A stretch of DNA of 64,000 nucleotides from Eledone cirrhosa (Eukaryota). Below, piece after piece: positions 55,801 through 64,000 of the stretch. The position numbers were made by a program, and so were the translations under genes. The stretch covers positions 67,642,001 through 67,706,000 of the forward strand of contig OZ024742.1 in the NCBI GenBank assembly GCA_964016885.1, read 5' to 3'. The notes beneath the pieces are model-generated. The model searched no databases, was not told where the DNA came from, and worked only from the letters and a program-made list of their open reading frames with translations. Position 1 is the stretch's first letter. The number at the start of each line of letters is the position of its first letter.

Positions 55801-58800
55801 GAAAAATACTGCAGGTAGCACATGGATAACATGAAATAAAATAAGTCCCTCATCAGTGATTTGCCGAAGATCATAGATATTTCATTGCATTAAATATCAT
55901 ATATCTCACTTCGGTGCAATAATAACCAAAATAAGTTATTAGGACAATTAAAACGCGTAAAGCGAGTGAGACAGGAGAACAACCGAAAGTATAGCATACC
56001 GTAGGGGACAGAAACAAGCTTCAAAAATTATTCTGTTTAGCATAAGCTAGGTGAATATATGAGCGCTTAGAGAATAGAACCTACACGAACGAGGGCTATG
56101 AGCAGAGAGAGAAAAATATAGCGTTCGTGAGTGCAGGATGAAATTAAGAGAAGAGGGAGAAAAACAGTGAGTGAGTGAAAGTGTGAGGAAGAGTTAATGG
56201 ACAAGACAGAGGGGGAGAAACAGAGAGAATGGGGGAACAGTAAGAGAGAAAGAAAAAAACACAGAATCGCAGTGGTAAATATATGTATTAAAATATAGAG
56301 GAAAATACTGCAGGTAGCACATGGATAACATGTAATAAAATAAGTCCCTCATCAGTGATTTGCCGAAGATCATAGATATTTCATTGCATTAAAAATCATA
56401 TATCTCACTTCGGTGCAATAATAACCAAAATAAGTTATTAAGGACAATTAAAACGCGTAAAGCGAGTGAGACAGGAGAACAACCGAAAGTATAGCATACC
56501 GTAGGGGACAGAAACAAACTTCAAAAATTATTCTGTTTAGCATAAGCTAGGTGAATATATGAGCGCTTAGAGAATAGAACCTACACGAACGAGGGCTATG
56601 AGCAGAGAGAGAAAAATATAGCGTTCGTGAGTGCAGGATGAAATAAAGAGAAGAGGGAGAAAAACAGTGAGTGAGTGAAAGTGTGAGGAAGAGTTAATGG
56701 ACAAGACAGAGGGGGAGAAACAGAGAGAATGGGGGAACAGTAAGATGGAGAGAAAAAAACACAGAATCGCAGTGGTAGATATATGTATTAAAATATAGAG
56801 AAAAATACTGCAGGTAGCACATGGATAACATGTAATAAAATAAGTCCCTCATCAGTGATTTGCCGAAGATCATAGATATTTCATTGCATTAAAAATCATA
56901 TATCTCACTTCGGTGCAATAATAACCAAAATAAGTTATTAGGACAATTAAAACGCGTAAAGCGAGTGAGACAGGAGAACAACCGAAAGTATAGCATACCG
57001 TAGGGGACAGAAACAAGCTTCAAAAATTATTCTGTTTAGCATAAGCTAGGTGAATATATGAGCGCTTAGAGAATAGAACCTACACGAACGAGGGCTATGA
57101 GCAGAGAGAGAAAAATATAGCGTTCGTGAGTGCAGGATGAAATGAAGAGAAGAGGGAGAAAAACAGTGAGTGAGTGAAAGTGCGAGGAAGAGTTAATGGA
57201 CAAGACAGAGGGGGAGAAACAGAGAGAATGGGGGACAGTAAGAGAGAGAGAGAAAAACACAGAATCGCAGTGGTAGATGTATGTATTAAAATATAGAGAA
57301 AAATACTGCAGGTAGCACATGGATAACATGTAATAAAATAAGTCCCTCATCAGTGATTTGCCGAAGATCATAGATATTTCATTGCATTAAAAATCATATA
57401 TCTCACTTCGGTGCAATAATAACCAAAATAAGTTATTAGGACAATTAAAACGCGTAAAGCGAGTGAGACAGGAGAACAACCGAAAGTATAGCATACCGTA
57501 GGGGACAGAAACAAGCTTCAAAAATTATTCTGTTTAGCATAAGCTAGGTGAATATATGAGCGCTTAGAGAATATAACCTACACGAACGAGGGCTATGAGC
57601 AGAGAGAGAAAAATATAGCGTTCGTGAGTGCAGGATGAAATGAAGAGAAGAGGGAGAAAAACAGTGAGTGAGTGAAAGTGTGAGGAAGAGTTAACGGACA
57701 AGACAGAGGGGGAGAAACAGAGAGAATGGGGGAACAGTAACAGAGAGAGAAAAAACACAGAATCGCAGTGGTAAATATATGTATTAAAATATAGAGAAAA
57801 ATACTGCAGGTAGCACATGGATAACATGTAATAAAATAAGTCCCTCATCAGTGATTTGCCGAAGATCATAGATATTTCATTGCATTAAAAATCATATATC
57901 TCACTTCGGTGCAATAATAACCAAAATAAGTTATTAGGACAATTAAAACGCGTAAAGCGAGTGAGACAGGAGAACAACCGAAAGTATAGCATACCGTAGG
58001 GGACAGAAACAAGCTTCAAAAATTATTCTGTTTAGCATAAGCTAGGTGAATATATGAGCGCTTAGAGAATAGAACCTACACGAACGAGGGCTATGAGCAG
58101 AGAGAGAAAAATATAGCGTTCGTGAGTGCAGGATGAAATTAAGAGAAGAGGGAGAAAAACAGTGAGTGAGTGAAAGTGTGAGGAAGAGTTAATGGACAAG
58201 ACAGAGAGGGAGAAACAGAGAGAATGGGGGAACAGTAAGAGAGAAAGAAAAAAACACAGAATCGCAGTGGTAAATATATGTATTAAAATATAGAGGAAAA
58301 TACTGCAGGTAGCACATGGATAACATGTAATAAAATAAGTCCCTCATCAGTGATTTGCCGAAGATCATAGATATTTCATTGCATTAAAAATCATATATCT
58401 CACATCGGTGCAATAATAACCAAAATAAGTTATTAAGACAATTAAAACGCGTAAAGCGAGTGAGACAGGAGAACAACCGAAAGTATAGCATACCGTAGGG
58501 GACAGAAACAAGCTTCAAAAATTATTCTGTTTAGCATAAGCTAGGTGAATATATGAGCGCTTAGAGAATAGAACCTACACGAACGAGGGCTATGAGCAGA
58601 GAGAGAAAAATATAGCGTTCGTGAGTGCAGGATGAAATGAAGAGAAGAGGGAGAAAAACAGTGAGTGAGTGAAAGTGTGAGGAAGAGTTAACGGACAAGA
58701 CAGAGGGGGAGAAACAGAGAGAATGGGGGAACAGTAAGAGAGAGAGAATAAAACACAGAATCGCAGTGGTAAATATATGTATTAAAATATAGAGAAAAAT

Positions 58801-61800
58801 ACTGCAGGTAGCACATGGATAACATGAAATAAAATAAGTCCCTCATCAGTGATTTGCCGAAGATCATAGATATTTCATTGCATTAAATATCATATATCTC
58901 ACTTCGGTGCAATAATAACCAAAATAAGTTATTAGGACAATTAAAACGCGTAAAGCGAGTGAGACAGGAGAACAACCGAAAGTATAGCATACCGTAGGGG
59001 ACAGAAACAAGCTTCAAAAATTATTCTGTTTAGCATAAGCTAGGTGAATATATGAGCGCTTAGAGAATAGAACCTACACGAACGAGGGCTATGAGCAGAG
59101 AGAGAAAAATATAGCGTTCGTGAGTGCAGGATGAAATTAAGAGAAGAGGGAGAAAAACAGTGAGTGAGTGAAAGTGTGAGGAAGAGTTAATGGACAAGAC
59201 AGAGGGGGAGAAACAGAGAGAATGGGGGAACAGTAAGAGAGAAAGAAAAAAACACAGAATCGCAGTGGTAAATATATGTATTAAAATATAGAGGAAAATA
59301 CTGCAGGTAGCACATGGATAACATGTAATAAAATAAGTCCCTCATCAGTGATTTGCCGAAGATCATAGATATTTCATTGCATTAAAAATCATATATCTCA
59401 CTTCGGTGCAATAATAACCAAAATAAGTTATTAAGGACAATTAAAACGCGTAAAGCGAGTGAGACAGGAGAACAACCGAAAGTATAGCATACCGTAGGGG
59501 ACAGAAACAAACTTCAAAAATTATTCTGTTTAGCATAAGCTAGGTGAATATATGAGCGCTTAGAGAATAGAACCTACACGAACGAGGGCTATGAGCAGAG
59601 AGAGAAAAATATAGCGTTCGTGAGTGCAGGATGAAATAAAGAGAAGAGGGAGAAAAACAGTGAGTGAGTGAAAGTGTGAGGAAGAGTTAATGGACAAGAC
59701 AGAGGGGGAGAAACAGAGAGAATGGGGGAACAGTAAGATGGAGACAAAAAAACACAGAATCGCAGTGGTAGATATATGTATTAAAATATAGAGAAAAATA
59801 CTGCAGGTAGCACATGGATAACATGTAATAAAATAAGTCCCTCATCAGTGATTTGCCGAAGATCATAGATATTTCATTGCATTAAAAATCATATATCTCA
59901 CTTCGGTGCAATAATAACCAAAATAAGTTATTAGGACAATTAAAACGCGTAAAGCGAGTGAGACAGGAGAACAACCGAAAGTATAGCATACCGTAGGGGA
60001 CAGAAACAAGCTTCAAAAATTATTCTGTTTAGCATAAGCTAGGTGAATATATGAGCGCTTGAGAATAGAACCTACACGAACGAGGGCTATGAGCAGAGAG
60101 AGAAAAATATAGCGTTCGTGAGTGCAGGATGAAATGAAGAGAAGAGGGAGAAAAACAGTGAGTGAGTGAAAGTGTGAGGAAGAGTTAACGGACAAGAGAG
60201 AGGGGGAGAAACAGAGAGAATGGGGGAACAGTAAGAGAGAGAGAAAAAAACACAGAATCGCAGTGGTAAATATATGTATTAAAATATAGAGAAAAATACT
60301 GCAGGTAGCACATGGATAACATGTAATAAAATAAGTCCCTCATCAGTGATTTGCCGAAGATCATAGATATTTCATTGCATTAAAAATCATATATCTCACT
60401 TCGGTGCAATAATAACCAAAATAAGTTATTAGGACAATTAAAACGCGTAAAGCGAGTGAGACAGGAGAACAACCGAAAGTATAGCATACCGTAGTGGACA
60501 GAAACAAGCTTCAAAAATTATTCTGTTTAGCATGAGCTAGGTGAATATATGAGCGCTTAGAGAATAGAACCTACACGAACGAGGGCTATGAGCAGAGAGA
60601 GAAAAATATAGCGTTCGTGAGTGCAGGATGAAATTATGAGAAGAGGGAGAAAAACAGTGAGTGAGTGAAAGTGTGAGGAAGAGTTAACGGACAAGACAGA
60701 GGGGGAGAAACAGAGAGAATGGGGGAACAGTAAGAGAGAGTGAAAAAACACAGAATCGCAGTGGTAAATATATGTATTAAAATATAGAGAAAAATACTGC
60801 AGGTAGCACATGGATAACATGTAATAAAATAAGTCCCTCATCAGTGATTTGCCGAAGATCATAGATATTTCATTGCATTAAAAATCATATATCTCACTTC
60901 GGTGCAATAATAACCAAAATAAGTTATTAGGACAATTAAAACGCGTAAAGCGAGTGAGACAGGAGAACAACCGAAAGTATAGCATACCGTAGGGGACAGA
61001 AACAAGCTTCAAAAATGATTCTGTTTAGCATAAGCTAGGTGAATATATGAGCGCTTAGAGAATAGAACCTACACGAACGAGGGCTATGAGCAGAGAGAGA
61101 AAAATATAGCGTTCGTGAGTGCAGGATGAAATTAAGAGAAGAGGGAGAAAAACAGTGAGTGAGTGAAGGTGTGAGGAAGAGTTAATGGACAGGACAGAGG
61201 GGGAGAAACAGAGAGAATGGGGGAACAGTAAGAGAGAAAGAAAAAAACACAGAATCGCAGTGGTAAATATATGTATTAAAATATAGAGGAAAATACTGCA
61301 GGTAGCACATGGATAACATGTAATAAAATAAGTCCCTCATCAGTGATTTGCCGAAGATCATAGATATTTCATTGCATTAAAAATCATATATCTCACTTCG
61401 GTGCAATAATAACCAAAATAAGTTATTAGGACAATTAAAACGCGTAAAGCGAGTGAGACAGGAGAACAACCGAAAGTATAGCATACCGTAGGGGACAGAA
61501 ACAAGCTTCAAAAATGATTCTGTTTAGCATAAGCTAGGTGAATATATGAGCGCTTAGAGAATAGAACCTACACGAACGAGGGCTATGAGCAGAGAGAGAA
61601 AAATATAGCGTTCGTGAGTGCAGGATGAAATGAAGAGAAGAGGGAGAAAAACAGTGAGTGAGTGAAAGTGTGAGGAAGAGTTAACGGACAAGACAGAGGG
61701 GGAGAAACAGAGAGAATGGGGGAACAGTAAGAGAGAGAGAAAACACACAGAATCGCAGTGGTAAATATATGTATTAAAATATAGAGAAAAATACTGCAGG

Positions 61801-64000
61801 TAGCACATGGATAACATGTAATAAAATAAGTCCCTCATCAGTGATTTGCCGAAGATCATAGATATTTCATTGCATTAAAAATCATATATCTCACTTCGGT
61901 GCAATAATAACCAAAATAAGTTATTAGGACAATTAAAACGCGTAAAGCGAGTGAGACAGGAGAACAACCGAAAGTATAGCATACCGTAGGGGACAGAAAC
62001 AAGCTTCAAAAATTATTCTGTTTAGCATAAGCTAGGTGAATATATGAGCGCTTAGAGAATAGAACCTACACGAACGAGGGCTATGAGCAGAGAGAGAAAA
62101 ATATAGCGCTCGTGAGTGCTGGATGAAATTATGAGAAGAGGGAGAAAAACAGTGAGTGAGTGAAAGTGTGAGGAAGAGTTAATGGACAAGACAGAGAGGG
62201 AGAAACAGAGAGAATGGGGGAACAGTAAGAGAGAAAGAAAAAAACACAGAATCGCAGTGGTAAATATATGTATTAAAATATAGAGGAAAATACTGCAGGT
62301 AGCACATGGATAACATGTAATAAAATAAGTCCCTCATCAGTGATTTGCCGAAGATCATAGATATTTCATTGCATTAAAAATCATATATCTCACTTCGGTG
62401 CAATAATAACCAAAATAAGTTATTAGGACAATTAAAACGCGTAAAGCGAGTGAGACAGGAGAACAACCGAAAGTATAGCATACCGTAGGGGACAGAAACA
62501 AGCTTCAAAAATTATTCTGTTTAGCATAAGCTAGGTGAATATATGAGCGCTTAGAGAATAGAACCTACACGAACGAGGGCTATGAGCAGAGAGAGAAAAA
62601 TATAGCGTTCGTGATTGCAGGATGAAATTAAGAGAAGAGGGACAAAAACAGTGAGTGAGTGAAAGTGTGAGGAAGAGTTAATGGACAAGACAGACGGGGA
62701 GAAACAGAGAGAATGGGGGAACAGTAAGAGAGAAAGAAAAAAACACAGAATCGCAGTGGTAAATATATGTATTAAAATATAGAGGAAAATACTGCAGGTA
62801 GCACATGGATAACATGTAATAAAATAAGTCCCTCATCAGTGATTTGCCGAAGATCATAGATATTTCATTGCATTAAAAATCATATATCTCACTTCGGTGC
62901 AATAATAACCAAAATAAGTTATTAGGACAATTAAAACGCGTAAAGCGAGTGAGACAGGAGAACAACCGAAAGTATAACATACCGTAGGGGACAGAAACAA
63001 GCTTCAAAAATTATTCTGTTTAGCATAATCTAGGTGAATATATGAGCGCTTAGAGAATAGAACCTACACGAACGAGGGCTATGAGCAGAGAGAGAAAAAT
63101 ATAGCGTTCGTGAGTGCAGGATGAAATGAAGTGAAGAGGGAGAAAAACAGTGAGTGAGTGAAAGTGTGAGGAAGAGTTAATGGACAAGACAGAGGGGGAG
63201 AAACAGAGAGAATGGGGGAACAGTAAGATGGAGAGAAAAAAACACAGAATCGCAGTGGTAGATATATGTATTAAAATATAGAGAAAAATACTGCAGGTAG
63301 CACATGGATAACATGTAATAAAATAAGTCCCTCATCAGTGATTTGCCGAAGATCATAGATATTTCATTGCATTAAAAATCATATATCTCACTTCGGTGCA
63401 ATAATAACCAAAATAAGTTATTAGGACAATTAAAACGCGTAAAGCGAGTGAGACAGGAGAACAACCGAAAGTATAGCATACCGTAGGGGACAGAAACAAG
63501 CGTCAAAAATTATTCTGTTTAGCATAAGCTAGGTTAATATATGAGCGCTTAGAGAATAGAACCTACACGAACGAGGGCTATGAGCAGAGAGAGAAAAATA
63601 TAGCGTTCGTGAGTGCAGGATGAAATGAAGAGAAGAGGGAGAAAAACAGTGAGTGAGTGAAAGTGTGAGGAAGAGTTAACGGACAAGAGAGAGGGGGAGA
63701 AACAGAGAGAATGGGGGAACAGTAAGAGAGAGAGAAAAAAACACAGAATCGCAGTGGTAAATATATGTATTAAAATATAGAGAAAAATACTGCAGGTAGC
63801 ACATGGATAACATGTAATAAAATAAGTCCCTCATCAGTGATTTGCCGAAGATCATATATATTTCATTGCATTAAAAATCATATATCTCACTTCGGTGCAA
63901 TAATAACCAAAATAAGTTATTAGGACAATTAAAACGCGTAAAGCGAGTGAGACAGGAGAACAACCGAAAGTATAGCATGCCGTAGGGGACAGAAACAAGC
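34851..64000. repeat. Tandem satellite, 498-499-bp monomer, ~58 copies, continuing past the window end
   Basis: The monomer recurs every 498-499 bp (ORF-track spacing 35129, 35627, 36125...). Copies differ by a few substitutions or 1-bp indels, and the + strand is purine-rich. Confidence 0.99.

Noticed and set aside
35129-61859. Repeated 101-aa ORF (MIFGKSLMRDLF...) as a tandem gene family
   Set aside because: It is frameshifted in about half the monomers by 1-bp indels, its internal frame shifts between copies, it has a non-ATG start and no recognisable domain, and its F/L/S content comes from the CT-rich tract
34851-64000. Array as CRISPR, 5S rDNA, tRNA or snRNA/SL-RNA gene cluster
   Set aside because: No unique spacers and no 5S, tRNA or U-snRNA motifs. 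An Sm-site-like AATTTTTGA exists on the minus strand, but it is mutated in several copies and is expected by chance in AT-rich DNA.

Overview
Repeat-dense, AT-rich eukaryotic DNA with no confidently identifiable intact host gene. The SINE family and microsatellite load look octopus/cephalopod-like, which is an inference from recall and was not checked. Bases 1-34,850 are a mosaic of (TA)n/(GT)n/(TAG)n/(GAA)n microsatellites, a tRNA-like SINE family, and decayed retroelements: Penelope GIY-YIG/RT, R4/Dong-like RLE LINEs, an L1/Tx1-like LINE with a 16-bp TSD, and a rearranged RTE-like LINE. There is also an internally deleted mariner. Bases ~34,851-64,000 are a highly homogeneous ~498-bp tandem satellite (~58 monomers, open at the window end) with nested higher-order repeats. 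The most notable signal is a set of small non-coding, (TA)n-embedded elements carrying minimal type I hammerhead ribozyme motifs. Four have intact cores, two of them in a perfect 117-bp palindrome and one in a ~459-bp tandem unit, and several more are degenerate. The satellite monomer shares their layout and keeps hammerhead core words, so it may be a tandemly amplified Penelope-pLTR/retrozyme-like unit, although its fold is not canonical. Most ORF-track entries are microsatellite or satellite artefacts.
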